Source: a virus (Duplodnaviria > Caudoviricetes). From it: a stretch of 34,992 nucleotides of DNA. The notes under the pieces are model-generated. The model was not told the DNA's origin. It worked only from the letters and a program-made list of their open reading frames with translations, and did no database searches. Of the stretch, positions 25,109 through 34,172 are shown piece by piece. The stretch is from IMG/VR virus record IMGVR_UViG_3300027828_000554, positions 1 to 34,992 of that record; one strand, given 5' to 3'. The position numbers and the translations under genes are program-made. Positions within the stretch are counted from its first letter, which is position 1. Every line of letters begins with the position of its first letter.

Positions 25109-25573
25109 ATGAAAAAGCTTATGACCTGCAAGTCTTGTGGTAAAGAAATAAGCAGTAAGGCTGAGTCCTGCCCTCATTGTGGCCACTCATACAAAAAATC
25201 GTCTAAAGACACCAATATAGGCTGTGGTGGATTAATTGCGCTGATTGTCATCATCTTCATAATTTATAGCCTGTCGAATGATGATAAGCCTACGAAAGCC
25301 ACACCAAGCAAACCCCTAACTCGACAAGAGTTAGTGGAGAAACAGTTTTCTGCATGGGATGGATCTCACTACGCGCTGGAAAGATTGATTAAAAAGAACC
25401 TGAAAGATCCGGATAGTTACGAGCACATTGAAACCAGGTTTGGTGATAAGGGCGAATACATTCTTGTTTACACAAAATATAGAGCAAGAAACAGCTTTGG
25501 CGGCATGGTTATTGAAGAAATGGGCGCTAAAGTCGATATTAATGGCAATATTATTGAAATAATCACTAACTAA
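25109..25573 (+). CDS. Zn-ribbon, single-TM membrane protein (immunity-region moron)
   Basis: CKSC...CPHC, hydrophobic GLIALIVIIFIIY, C-terminal LKDPDSY...YRARNSFGG domain. Confidence 0.8.
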   Translation: MKKLMTCKSCGKEISSKAESCPHCGHSYKKSSKDTNIGCGGLIALIVIIFIIYSLSNDDKPTKATPSKPLTRQELVEKQFSAWDGSHYALERLIKKNLKDPDSYEHIETRFGDKGEYILVYTKYRARNSFGGMVIEEMGAKVDINGNIIEIITN

Positions 25574-25605
25574 CCAAGAACTAAGCTACAAACAAGGAGT
25601 ACATT

Positions 25606-26202
25606 ATGTATAAAAAAATGGCAACCACCCTGGCTGCAATAGCACTGACCACCCTATCGGCAACATCATCCGCACAAGATGGCATGGGATACTTTGGCTT
25701 CGGCGTAGGCCAGGCTAAAAACGATGGTTGCGAAGGACAGCCCTCTGGTAGCACTTGCTCCGATACCAAAACTGTAGGGCGTATCGTTGGCGGGTATGAA
25801 TTCAATGAGAACTTCGCGATTGAAGGAACCTACACCAGCCTTGGAGCAGCGGAGGCTGCTGCTTTGTCAGGCCCTGAGCGTGCAAAACTGGAGGGTAGCG
25901 CTTTTTCTCTAGCCGTAATGGGGAGCGTTCCATTGAGTGACGCATGGGGTTTGTTCGGCAAATTTGGAATGTCTCGATGGGATGTCGAAGCCAGTCTAAC
26001 AGATGGTTTCGGTGATACCTATTCCGCAGATGATGACGGCAATGACCCGGTTTATGGCGTGGGGATTAAGTGGATTGAGGGCAACTACAGCCTGAGATTG
26101 GAGTACGAACGCTACGAACTAGGCCTTGCAGATTCGACCGATGGGTTCTTAGATGATCAGGACGTTGATGTTATTTCCCTGACTTATGTGATTGGATTCT
26201 AA
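25606..26202 (+). CDS. Outer-membrane beta-barrel protein (OmpA-TM/Lom-like)
   Basis: Signal peptide (...SSA-Q), GYEFNENFAIEG.Y, GLFGK.G, YGVG, LRLEYERY, C-terminal Phe. Confidence 0.88.
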   Translation: MYKKMATTLAAIALTTLSATSSAQDGMGYFGFGVGQAKNDGCEGQPSGSTCSDTKTVGRIVGGYEFNENFAIEGTYTSLGAAEAAALSGPERAKLEGSAFSLAVMGSVPLSDAWGLFGKFGMSRWDVEASLTDGFGDTYSADDDGNDPVYGVGIKWIEGNYSLRLEYERYELGLADSTDGFLDDQDVDVISLTYVIGF

Positions 26203-26241
26203 TCCCAAGAAAACTAATTTAACCTGCCCTTATCAATACAT

Positions 26242-26267
26242 AGCCGCCTCTGAGCGGCTTTTCTTTT
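26242..26267 (+). terminator. Terminator of the cI-moron transcript
   Basis: AGCCGC-CTCTGA-GCGGCT followed by TTTCTTTT. Confidence 0.82.
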
Positions 26268-26311
26268 GCCTGTAATTCACCACCAGCCTTCAAAAAATCA
26301 CATTTCACCAC

Positions 26312-26370
26312 AAAAGTTTATTTTTCTAAACTTTTTACTTGACTCCAAAAGTTTAACTCTCTAAACTTTT
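26312..26370 (+). promoter_or_regulatory. OL operators (two sites) and pL
   Basis: AAAAGTTTA-N6-TAAACTTTT at 26312-26335 and 26347-26370; TTGACT (26339-26344), 17 bp, TAAACT (26362-26367). Confidence 0.85.
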
Positions 26371-26434
26371 TATCGTTAGTTTGAAACTCTACCCCAAGAC
26401 AGCAGGGAAGCACATACCAGTAAGTTGGTATTTA

Positions 26435-26459
26435 TCGGGGCTTCGGCCCCGAATTTTTT
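26435..26459 (+). terminator. Terminator-like hairpin in the pL leader
   Basis: TCGGGGC-TTCG-GCCCCGA followed by ATTTTTT. Confidence 0.72.
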
Positions 26460-26469
26460 CGGAGACTTA

Positions 26470-26775
26470 ATGATGAAAGGTATGACATACAGACAGATTT
26501 TTAAGCGTTCATTGATAGCCACCCTGTTGGTATTAGCGGCATCAGTGAACCAGGAAGACTTACTAGACTTAATGTTTGGCAAGCCCGGACAGGAGATAAC
26601 CGTAGTGATGATGACAGACTCCCTCCCCCAAGAAGACATGGACGATGAAGTGCAACAAGAAGACCGTGCCCCTCAAGGGAATGAGGACTCGGCGGTCACA
26701 GAGCTTGACCCATTCGGCCCCTGGCAGCCAAGACGCCACAGAGGTCATGGCAACGAAAGCGGTTCAATGCGATGA
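26470..26775 (+). CDS. Hypothetical protein with N-terminal hydrophobic segment
   Basis: GGAGA SD then ATG 26470; first pL gene. Confidence 0.6.
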   Translation: MMKGMTYRQIFKRSLIATLLVLAASVNQEDLLDLMFGKPGQEITVVMMTDSLPQEDMDDEVQQEDRAPQGNEDSAVTELDPFGPWQPRRHRGHGNESGSMR

Positions 26776-26978
26776 GCAAGGCAGCACAACAGGTTATTAC
26801 CAACATCAATAAGTATGTTCGTGCTTATCAGTACGCCAAAGGTAAAAAGCCCGAGCATGTCAGCCTTTATCAGAAAGATTTCGATGCTCTTGAGCGGAAG
26901 GCTCATAAAGAATTCAGAGCTCAGTATGGAAAAGAAGCGCCACCCCCCCGTTGCGGTGTTGGAATGGCGTCCAGCTAA
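26772..26978 (+). CDS. Hypothetical protein
   Basis: ATGA-coupled 68-aa ORF. Confidence 0.6.
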   Translation: MSKAAQQVITNINKYVRAYQYAKGKKPEHVSLYQKDFDALERKAHKEFRAQYGKEAPPPRCGVGMASS

Positions 26979-26997
26979 AGGTCATTAAGGATTAATC

Positions 26998-27291
26998 ATG
27001 AGCCAACCAGTAACACAGGAACAGTTGATACAGAGGCTTTGCCAGGCGGGCGAAGCCATGAAGGAGCGCTTATTGGTTTTGGTTGAAGCTGGCGAGGAAA
27101 CGGGCTGCCAGATGCGCCTTGAGAAAGACGCTATCGAAGCCTGGGAGGATGTTTTCGGCAACCCAAACTTTGTTTGGCAAACCGGAATATGGCATGAAGC
27201 CTTATTTTGGAAGTTAGAGGCAGGAAAGCCTGTCTTCACCACCGATGGAATCACAGAAATAAAGGACTGTGACTGGAAATACAGGGAATAG
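26998..27291 (+). CDS. Hypothetical protein
   Basis: TAAGGA SD, 97 aa. Confidence 0.7.
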   Translation: MSQPVTQEQLIQRLCQAGEAMKERLLVLVEAGEETGCQMRLEKDAIEAWEDVFGNPNFVWQTGIWHEALFWKLEAGKPVFTTDGITEIKDCDWKYRE

Positions 27292-27293
27292 AA

Positions 27294-27440
27294 ATGAACA
27301 GCAACACCATAAACGAAAGGCTGATAAAAGAAAAAGCCATTATGAGACGCCTGGTATCGACTGGCGCATCTCTTGACGTAATACGCAGACAACGTAACAA
27401 GATTAAAGATTTGGAGCAAAGGCTATGCCACAAAGTTTAG
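27294..27440 (+). CDS. Hypothetical 48-aa protein (below the ORF-track cutoff)
   Basis: MNSNTINERLIKEKAIMRRLVSTGASLDVIRRQRNKIKDLEQRLCHKV fills the operon gap. Confidence 0.6.
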   Translation: MNSNTINERLIKEKAIMRRLVSTGASLDVIRRQRNKIKDLEQRLCHKV

Positions 27441-27610
27441 CGAATGGTTTGTATAAGTGCACCGCTGAGCGCCTGAAAAAGCCAATATACATCAAGGTGA
27501 GAAGCAATCATTACCAGGTGATTGACTTTGAAACAGGCGTTAAAAGCCATAAAAAATGCCATGTGTCGCTGATAAAAAACGACATAGAAATCAAGAGAAT
27601 TGACCATTAG
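27425..27610 (+). CDS. Hypothetical protein
   Basis: GGAG SD, 61 aa. Confidence 0.6.
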   Translation: MPQSLANGLYKCTAERLKKPIYIKVRSNHYQVIDFETGVKSHKKCHVSLIKNDIEIKRIDH

Positions 27611-27619
27611 GTTGTCGCC

Positions 27620-27853
27620 ATGAACGTAGGATTCAACCCGAACAGAAAGGCCACCAAACTGACCCGCTGGATGGAGCAACACTTCCCAGACCCAGATGGC
27701 CGTCCTTGCAATCGAACCATGAAGAAAGCCATCGACGACCCGAGCAATACGCAGATTCAGGGCTACAACATAGGTTCACGCTATTTCATTTATCTGGATA
27801 CAGAGCCAGATGAAGAGCTGCAGGAACTTGTACAAGAGCTAGCTGCAGCATGA
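27620..27853 (+). CDS. Excisionase-like winged-helix protein
   Basis: KL..W...HF....P...T.....I.G..IG.RYFI pattern resembles Xis-type proteins. Confidence 0.5.
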   Translation: MNVGFNPNRKATKLTRWMEQHFPDPDGRPCNRTMKKAIDDPSNTQIQGYNIGSRYFIYLDTEPDEELQELVQELAAA

Positions 27854-27965
27854 CGAGCATCACTTCATGCGAACCAAGTTGAAACCTAACCAAGAAATAA
27901 CCTAGTAAATCGGCTGGAGAAAGCAGCCAGCATGAAGTGGTTCATAACACCCGGAGAGAGACGGA

Positions 27966-29336
27966 ATGAAACAAGGTTTGATAGTTGATAACTTCGCTGG
28001 CGGCGGTGGCGCAAGCACTGGAATAGAAATGGCGCTTGGTCGCCCAATTGATATAGCTATCAATCATGACCCAGAAGCAATCTCAATGCACCGGGCGAAT
28101 CATCCAAAAACCAAGCATTACTGTGAAGATGTTTGGGACGTTGACCCACTCGAAGCCACTCAAGGAAAGCCTGTCCTTCTGGCTTGGTTCTCACCAGACT
28201 GCAAACATTTCTCAAAAGCCAAAGGCGGAAAGCCAGTTGAGAAGAAGATTCGTGGCTTGGCCTGGCTGGCGGTTAAGTGGGCCAAACTGGTGAAGCCCAA
28301 AATTATCATGCTTGAGAATGTAGAAGAGTTCAAAACATGGGGGCCACTAGGCGAAGACTCAAAACCCTGCCCCAAAAGAAAAGGGCTCACTTTCCGTTCA
28401 TGGTTAAAGCAGCTGCAGGAGCTGGGCTATAAAGTCGAATACAAAGAATTGCGGGCCTGTGATTATGGTGCGCCAACTATCAGAAAGCGCCTGTTTGTGA
28501 TCGCCCGCTGTGACGGTTTGCCAATCTGCTGGCCAGAAGCCACCCATGGAGAAGGCCTGAAACCATACAGAACTGCAGCAGAGATAATTGATTGGTCTCT
28601 GCCCTGCCCCTCTATATTTACCAGAAAGAAACCCCTTGCAGAAAACACACTGAAAAGAATTGCCAAAGGTCTGGAGAAATTTGTTTTCAATCACCTTGAT
28701 CCTTTTATTGTTCGCTTGGGCCATACCAAATGGAATGGTGACAATATGAGCTATCCAATTGACCAGCCACTCACCACCATAACCAGTAAGGCAGAGCACT
28801 GCCTTGTCACTCCATTTTTAGCCAAACATTATTCAGGAGTCACAGGTTCTGATTTGAAAGACCCGCTTGGAACTGTCACCAGTGTTGATCACCATTCTCT
28901 AGTTACCAGCCATTTAATCAAGCTAAGAAATGGATGCACCGGGCAGGATATTAGAGAGCCATTGCCAACCATAACAGCAGGCGGGATGCATGTCGGGGAA
29001 GTCAGGGCGTTCCTGCTCAAATATTATGGAACCAATATCGGCCATGACTGCAGAGAGCCCCTTCAAACCATAACCAGCAAACACCGCTTTGGCCTGGTCA
29101 CTGTAAAAGGTGAGAATTACCAGATTGTAGATATAGGAATGAGAATGCTCCAACCTCATGAGCTATACCAAGCCCAAGGATTCCCTTCTGATTACATCAT
29201 TGAGCATGATCACCAAGGCAACCGAATCACCAAAACAGCACAAGTCAGAATGTGCGGGAACTCAGTCTCTCCTCTGGTAGCAAAAGCGCTAGTAGAGGCC
29301 AACACGAAAACTCTAGCCAAGCAGAATGCTGCTTAA
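27966..29336 (+). CDS. Orphan C5 DNA cytosine methyltransferase
   Basis: DNFAGGGG, SPDCKHFS, ENV, R.RLF, RML...EL..AQGFP, GNSV. Confidence 0.93.
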   Translation: MKQGLIVDNFAGGGGASTGIEMALGRPIDIAINHDPEAISMHRANHPKTKHYCEDVWDVDPLEATQGKPVLLAWFSPDCKHFSKAKGGKPVEKKIRGLAWLAVKWAKLVKPKIIMLENVEEFKTWGPLGEDSKPCPKRKGLTFRSWLKQLQELGYKVEYKELRACDYGAPTIRKRLFVIARCDGLPICWPEATHGEGLKPYRTAAEIIDWSLPCPSIFTRKKPLAENTLKRIAKGLEKFVFNHLDPFIVRLGHTKWNGDNMSYPIDQPLTTITSKAEHCLVTPFLAKHYSGVTGSDLKDPLGTVTSVDHHSLVTSHLIKLRNGCTGQDIREPLPTITAGGMHVGEVRAFLLKYYGTNIGHDCREPLQTITSKHRFGLVTVKGENYQIVDIGMRMLQPHELYQAQGFPSDYIIEHDHQGNRITKTAQVRMCGNSVSPLVAKALVEANTKTLAKQNAA

Positions 29337-29355
29337 TAAACAAAGCGAGGAAATT

Positions 29356-29739
29356 ATGACTCAAACACCTTTCAGCCAACAGATACAGCATCTTAATAAA
29401 GGGATGCTTGATGATGAATTAACACAACTTCTTTCTGATGTAGTGAAAGCAGTTAGAGAGACTGGGAAGTCCGGCACCGTTACTCTCACCCTCAAAGTTA
29501 AGCCCTTAAATAACAAAGGCATTGACGATGATGCTGTTCAGGTTATTCCAGAAACCAAAAACATGACTCCAAAGCTACCACAGAAAGCCATGGTCATGTG
29601 GTCAACTGGTGACGGGGATTTGTTAAGAAGAGACCCTTCACAGCAAGAAATTGACTTCACAACTGTAGAGGCAGCAGCACCACCAAAAGCGCCTGTCTCA
29701 GTTCCCGAACAAGAAAAAGCTGCCAAGTCCGTTGGCTAA
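29356..29739 (+). CDS. Hypothetical protein (usual upstream partner of DUF2303)
   Basis: VV.AVRETGK.G.VTLTL.VKP...DG.L.R.DP.Q; GAGG SD before ATG 29356. Confidence 0.75.
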   Translation: MTQTPFSQQIQHLNKGMLDDELTQLLSDVVKAVRETGKSGTVTLTLKVKPLNNKGIDDDAVQVIPETKNMTPKLPQKAMVMWSTGDGDLLRRDPSQQEIDFTTVEAAAPPKAPVSVPEQEKAAKSVG

Positions 29740-29775
29740 TTTTAATGACTAACCTATCAAATCTTAGGAGATAAC

Positions 29776-30570
29776 ATGCAAACAGAAGACTCTTTGAAAC
29801 TGATTCAGCTTGGGCAAAGCTTAGCCCCGATCAAAGATGAAAAGACCGGGAGAGAATTTGTTGTCCTGTCAGAGAGGCAGCGACTGGAAGACCTTGACTT
29901 TTTGTTGGAAGAGCCAAGAAGGATCAAGAAGCAATTTTCTCTAAGCACAGAGCTTTCATTCACTCAGTATGTTGACAAGTTTTTACGTCCAGAAACTATT
30001 TTTTTGTGTATGAAATCGCACCCCTACATTCATGCGATTATTGATTATCACGACAAAGTAGATGAAAAAGACTTGCCTTCATTCTGCACCCATCTAGTTG
30101 ATTATAAGCCTGTCCACTCAATTGAATGGAACCGCTGGACAAACACTTGTGGAAAGAAAATGACCCAAGTGGCGTTTGCAGAATTTATTGAAGACAACAT
30201 AAAAGATGTTGTTGAGCCTGACAGCGCACAGCTTTTCACTGATATAACCAACTTTAGGCTTATCAGAAGAGCCACTTTCGGTTCAAAAATCAACGTCCAA
30301 AATGGCGAGATTGATTTTCAATACTCCAATGAAAGTGAGAAAAACGGCAGCGTAAAACTACCCGAAACGCTCACCCTTGGTATTCGAGTTTTTGAGGAGG
30401 GCGAATATTACAATGTCAACGTAAAACTTCGTTATCGAGTAGATGAAGATGAAGGCCTTGTCCTCTGGTATGAAATAACCAACCAAGACAAAGTTTATGA
30501 CTATGCCTTCAATAAAATTGTAGAGCGATTAACTGAGAAGTATTCAGATAATCTGGTTTTGAACAGCTAA
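29776..30570 (+). CDS. DUF2303 (YfdQ) family protein
   Basis: SF..YV, AIIDYH, S.EW..W, MTQ..FAEFIEDN..D, LP....LGI.VFE, LRYR. Confidence 0.85.
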   Translation: MQTEDSLKLIQLGQSLAPIKDEKTGREFVVLSERQRLEDLDFLLEEPRRIKKQFSLSTELSFTQYVDKFLRPETIFLCMKSHPYIHAIIDYHDKVDEKDLPSFCTHLVDYKPVHSIEWNRWTNTCGKKMTQVAFAEFIEDNIKDVVEPDSAQLFTDITNFRLIRRATFGSKINVQNGEIDFQYSNESEKNGSVKLPETLTLGIRVFEEGEYYNVNVKLRYRVDEDEGLVLWYEITNQDKVYDYAFNKIVERLTEKYSDNLVLNS

Positions 30571-30576
30571 AAAAGC

Positions 30577-30605
30577 AAGCCCCGCTTCATTGCCGGGGCT
30601 TTTAT
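30577..30605 (+). terminator. Intrinsic terminator
   Basis: AAGCCCCG-N9-CGGGGCTT followed by TTATT. Confidence 0.7.
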
Positions 30606-30629
30606 TATTCACCACCACAAGGAGCTTTT

Positions 30630-30947
30630 ATGAAGGTTACATGCTATTTAGTCATACAGGGAAAGAAAGCCCGCTATCAAAGCTGGCGAGAGGCTGGGAA
30701 CATCAAAGTCACAAAGAAAAAGCCAAGCACTGCAGGAGATGAAATAGCGGTGAGACTTCAATTGGAAATCCCTGATTCCCTTTTTGAAAAGCCCTCATTA
30801 AATGTGAACCTGAAAATTCCAGACTCTGTTCAAGTTGGTGGTGAGATTACCCCTGAAATGACTGACAACATCGCCGAGATAATCCAGGCTCAAACAGGGT
30901 TATCAGTTACGGTGTCAGCAGCAGAGTCCGACGATGAGCATTATTAA
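30630..30947 (+). CDS. Hypothetical protein
   Basis: AAGGAG SD, 105 aa. Confidence 0.75.
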   Translation: MKVTCYLVIQGKKARYQSWREAGNIKVTKKKPSTAGDEIAVRLQLEIPDSLFEKPSLNVNLKIPDSVQVGGEITPEMTDNIAEIIQAQTGLSVTVSAAESDDEHY

Positions 30948-30962
30948 AAGGATGCGTGAGAC

Positions 30963-31271
30963 ATGAGCCTGACGAAGACCGAAATCAGTAAAAAAATCGC
31001 TGAAATAATATTCCCTGGCAAAGCTCTTGAGACGGGGACCGTGGGTGTCACCTACGTTACTCTGGAGGTCAACGGGTTAGAGGAAATTAAAATTGCCTAT
31101 AAGCCAATGTCAGACGGTTTCGTTGGAAAGTCACAATTAATGACCCTCACTTTGGATATTTTGAAAGTCAAAAACGGACAATTAAATATTGGGAAATTTA
31201 AAACATTGAGTCACTCGGAGGCGATTTGCTTAAAGTGGCTAGAGCTATTTAGTGATAAGGAGGATGTGTGA
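30963..31271 (+). CDS. Hypothetical protein
   Basis: 102-aa ORF in operon. Confidence 0.65.
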   Translation: MSLTKTEISKKIAEIIFPGKALETGTVGVTYVTLEVNGLEEIKIAYKPMSDGFVGKSQLMTLTLDILKVKNGQLNIGKFKTLSHSEAICLKWLELFSDKEDV

Positions 31272-31729
31272 GCGACTTTAAAAGAGAACTTCGATACGGT
31301 GTCGTGAAGCTAAAAAACCTTACAGAGAGCCAGCAAAAGCAATTCTGGGATCTGGTTGATTCATTCGATTTACCACAACTGGAATGCGTTGTTGTCGAGT
31401 CTGACTGGCCGATGTACGAAGAGACGTGGGAATCCATTAAACAATGGGCTAATGGCGATTTTGTACCTCGCAAGAAACTGAAAGATAGAATCAAATATCT
31501 CGAAGGCTATGCCGATGAAGTTCGTGCGGAATTACATCACGCTCAGTACACAGTGGGTGATCATGAAGAGCTAAAAAGCACCTTATCTCTGGCTCAAATA
31601 ATCTACGGGTACAGCCTAAAGGTAGAAGTTACCCCAGGAGAGACGGTTGAATGCAAGAACGCTGCTGTTCTAAGTTTTCCTAACAGCCAGTCACTTCATG
31701 TCTTTAAGTTGGGGGCAGCCGATGCTTAA
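31268..31729 (+). CDS. Hypothetical phage protein
   Basis: AGGAGG SD; RE.RY.V.K.K...ECVVVESDWP.YE..W domain. Confidence 0.75.
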   Translation: MSDFKRELRYGVVKLKNLTESQQKQFWDLVDSFDLPQLECVVVESDWPMYEETWESIKQWANGDFVPRKKLKDRIKYLEGYADEVRAELHHAQYTVGDHEELKSTLSLAQIIYGYSLKVEVTPGETVECKNAAVLSFPNSQSLHVFKLGAADA

Positions 31730-32078
31730 GTTCCTCCGTAATTTCATTGCCAGAGACGTTCACAGCCACTTTGATATAGCTGTTTATTTCATCGCCTTAC
31801 TTGTGGCCAGAAGCTTTTTGGATAATGGCGGAAGTCATTTCTACGCTTTACTTATCATGCTGGGAATAATATTTGCTGGAATTTACTTTCAAGTTCTGAT
31901 CACATCCTTCATCGATGCCAGGCTAAAAGCCAAAGCTGAGAATGCCTTATATTTAGAGCAGAAAGAAAAGGAAGCATGGGCCAAAAAGAACCAACACAAC
32001 GGTCGAGACGGGAACGGTTATCAACCAGTGCCACCACCACCTCGTACCGTGACTGGCAAACCACCCAAGAAGAGGTGA
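31722..32078 (+). CDS. Hypothetical 2-TM membrane protein
   Basis: Two hydrophobic segments, GYQP..PP..PPKKR tail; likely start ATG 31722. Confidence 0.65.
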   Translation: MLKFLRNFIARDVHSHFDIAVYFIALLVARSFLDNGGSHFYALLIMLGIIFAGIYFQVLITSFIDARLKAKAENALYLEQKEKEAWAKKNQHNGRDGNGYQPVPPPPRTVTGKPPKKR

Positions 32079-32080
32079 TC

Positions 32081-32482
32081 ATGAGCAGCGTCAAGGACAA
32101 AGTAATCAAAGACCTGGTTAAAGCCGGTCAGGGCTTGGTGGGTGCAATGAAGGGTTCCGGGGTGTCGTTACACCAGATGGAGAAAACCCTGAAGCTGGCT
32201 CACCTGGTTGGAATTGAAGAATCAGCGTGGATGACGGTAGAAGAGTTCGAGAAGTGCCCGATTAATGGAGCGGTACGAATATTCGTAAAACTGGATGGCC
32301 GTCGACACTTTTACGCCTGGTACCATAACGGCAGTTTTCATAATACGCCATGCCATCTGCGTGAGTTTAAGAAGGAAAATATATTGTTTGTAGAGCCAGA
32401 TTGTGCGATACCAATAAAAACACCCATAACAGCAAAAGACTTATACAAGCCAATTCCAGGCTTATACGTTGAGGTTGATTGA
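32081..32482 (+). CDS. Hypothetical protein
   Basis: GAGGTG SD before ATG 32081 (MSSVKDK...). Confidence 0.65.
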   Translation: MSSVKDKVIKDLVKAGQGLVGAMKGSGVSLHQMEKTLKLAHLVGIEESAWMTVEEFEKCPINGAVRIFVKLDGRRHFYAWYHNGSFHNTPCHLREFKKENILFVEPDCAIPIKTPITAKDLYKPIPGLYVEVD

Positions 32483-32483
32483 T

Positions 32484-33605
32484 ATGGCAGCACGACCACG
32501 AAAATCAGGAAGTAAGGACTTGCCAAGCTACCTCTACCGCAAAGGCAGTGGCTATCTGTATGACCACCCGCAAGCGAAGAAGACGAAGTTCTATCCCGGT
32601 GATCAGAAAGCTGAGGCAATACGCATAGCCCAGAAGATGAACGCCTACTTCGCATCAGTGAAGAAGCAGTCTGTTGTTGACTCTCTGGGGCGCGCCAGAC
32701 CACCTGAAATCAGCGAAGCACTGAAATCCTTTACCAAAGACTATCTGCCAAGATTGCAGCTCAAAGAAACCACCGCAAAGGCTTACCAGTTCACCTTCAA
32801 GAGAGTGAATGCAGATTTAGGTAGCCTTCGCCTGGACGAAATCAACCAGGAACGGCTATCGAATTACCTGCTGGACAACTACACCGGCGATGGCTACGAC
32901 AAAACCCGCGCCCGGCTAAATCATTTTTATAAGTTCTGCATCAGTCGTGGGTGGGTAACGGCTAACCTGGCATTGGGAACCCTGCCATCGATAAAGACAG
33001 GCAAGCAGACCAGGCCGCATACGCTCGAAGGACTACAATTAATCCAGGAACATTCGCCAGAATGGCTGCAGGACATGATCACAGTAGCCATGGCCACACT
33101 ATTACGCCCGGATGATTTGCGAAACCTCAAGAAGGAAGACGTGGATCTGGAGAAAGGAACGATTCGGGTGGCCGTTGGGAAAACCACCAATTACAAAGAA
33201 GCAGTATATCTCGAAATATACATGAATTCCCTGATGTTCAATCCAGCTGAAGCCATACAGAGAAGACTCAAAAGCGGCCTAGTATCGCCCTATGTCTTCG
33301 CTTATCGACCACACGACCGCGCCAAGAAAGACCAGGTCGAAAAGAAAAAGCATTGGTCCTACATAACCAAAGGGAAGCTATCAAAAACATTCCGAGAAGC
33401 CCGGAACGCAGCAGGAGTCTATGATCACCTGCCCGTTAACCAGCGCCCGACATTCAAAGAAATACGAAACTTCGGCGCCCAGATGCTCCGAGACAATCAA
33501 TACCCAGAAGACTTTATCCAAAAGCTAATGGGCCACAAACGATTCACCACCACCCAGATCTACCTGGATGATGGTAAACCAAAATATCAGAAGGTGGAGT
33601 TATGA
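32484..33605 (+). CDS. int: Tyrosine recombinase/integrase, lambda-Int-like
   Basis: MAARPRK...LP..LY arm-binding N-terminus; catalytic LLRPDD (R), KT (K), TFKEIR, LMGH, T.IY. Confidence 0.88.
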   Translation: MAARPRKSGSKDLPSYLYRKGSGYLYDHPQAKKTKFYPGDQKAEAIRIAQKMNAYFASVKKQSVVDSLGRARPPEISEALKSFTKDYLPRLQLKETTAKAYQFTFKRVNADLGSLRLDEINQERLSNYLLDNYTGDGYDKTRARLNHFYKFCISRGWVTANLALGTLPSIKTGKQTRPHTLEGLQLIQEHSPEWLQDMITVAMATLLRPDDLRNLKKEDVDLEKGTIRVAVGKTTNYKEAVYLEIYMNSLMFNPAEAIQRRLKSGLVSPYVFAYRPHDRAKKDQVEKKKHWSYITKGKLSKTFREARNAAGVYDHLPVNQRPTFKEIRNFGAQMLRDNQYPEDFIQKLMGHKRFTTTQIYLDDGKPKYQKVEL

Positions 33606-34150
33606 CAATAGATCTAGAAGGAATACAGTTTGATACCAAACCGACAACACCACTTGAGCAGAAGCTGGCTGACCTGGCAATAAAACAGCAACACCAAATA
33701 GCCGGGCTCCAGCAAGAAATAGAAAGCCTTCAACCCAATGTTGTAGAGGTTCTGCTAAAAGAAAACTATTCAAACATCAAAATACATGGCGGACTATTAA
33801 CGCTTTTCGCAAACTCCTTTGTCGATACATTTGAAGACCAAGGGGCGGTTAATTACTTGGAAATGACGTTCAGGCACAGAGCATCAGGGGAAGAATACAC
33901 TCTCCTGATGCAAAAGAAATCAGGGTTAACCCAGGGTGATAAGAACGAAGAGCTCATGAAGCATCTGGCGGAGGCCGAACAAAAAATTAAAAACTGCATA
34001 GAAAAAGCATCAAACTACGCATCTTATGATGGCGCTCACCATAAAAACTGGGTTATCAATGAGATGCTTAAATGCTTAATGTCAGATAAGGAGTTGCAAG
34101 ATAATGGCTGGAAAGATGAAGATTGGCTGGAAGAGTGTATAGCGCCATAA
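33602..34150 (+). CDS. Hypothetical protein
   Basis: ATGA-coupled to int; C-terminal YDGAHHK.WVI..M...W...IAP motif. Confidence 0.75.
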   Translation: MTIDLEGIQFDTKPTTPLEQKLADLAIKQQHQIAGLQQEIESLQPNVVEVLLKENYSNIKIHGGLLTLFANSFVDTFEDQGAVNYLEMTFRHRASGEEYTLLMQKKSGLTQGDKNEELMKHLAEAEQKIKNCIEKASNYASYDGAHHKNWVINEMLKCLMSDKELQDNGWKDEDWLEECIAP

Positions 34151-34172
34151 TTAAACAACATGAGGTGATTTC

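Noticed and set aside
27854-27965. Intergenic gap as a possible tRNA, att site or sRNA
   Set aside because: No cloverleaf, repeat or strong hairpin visible
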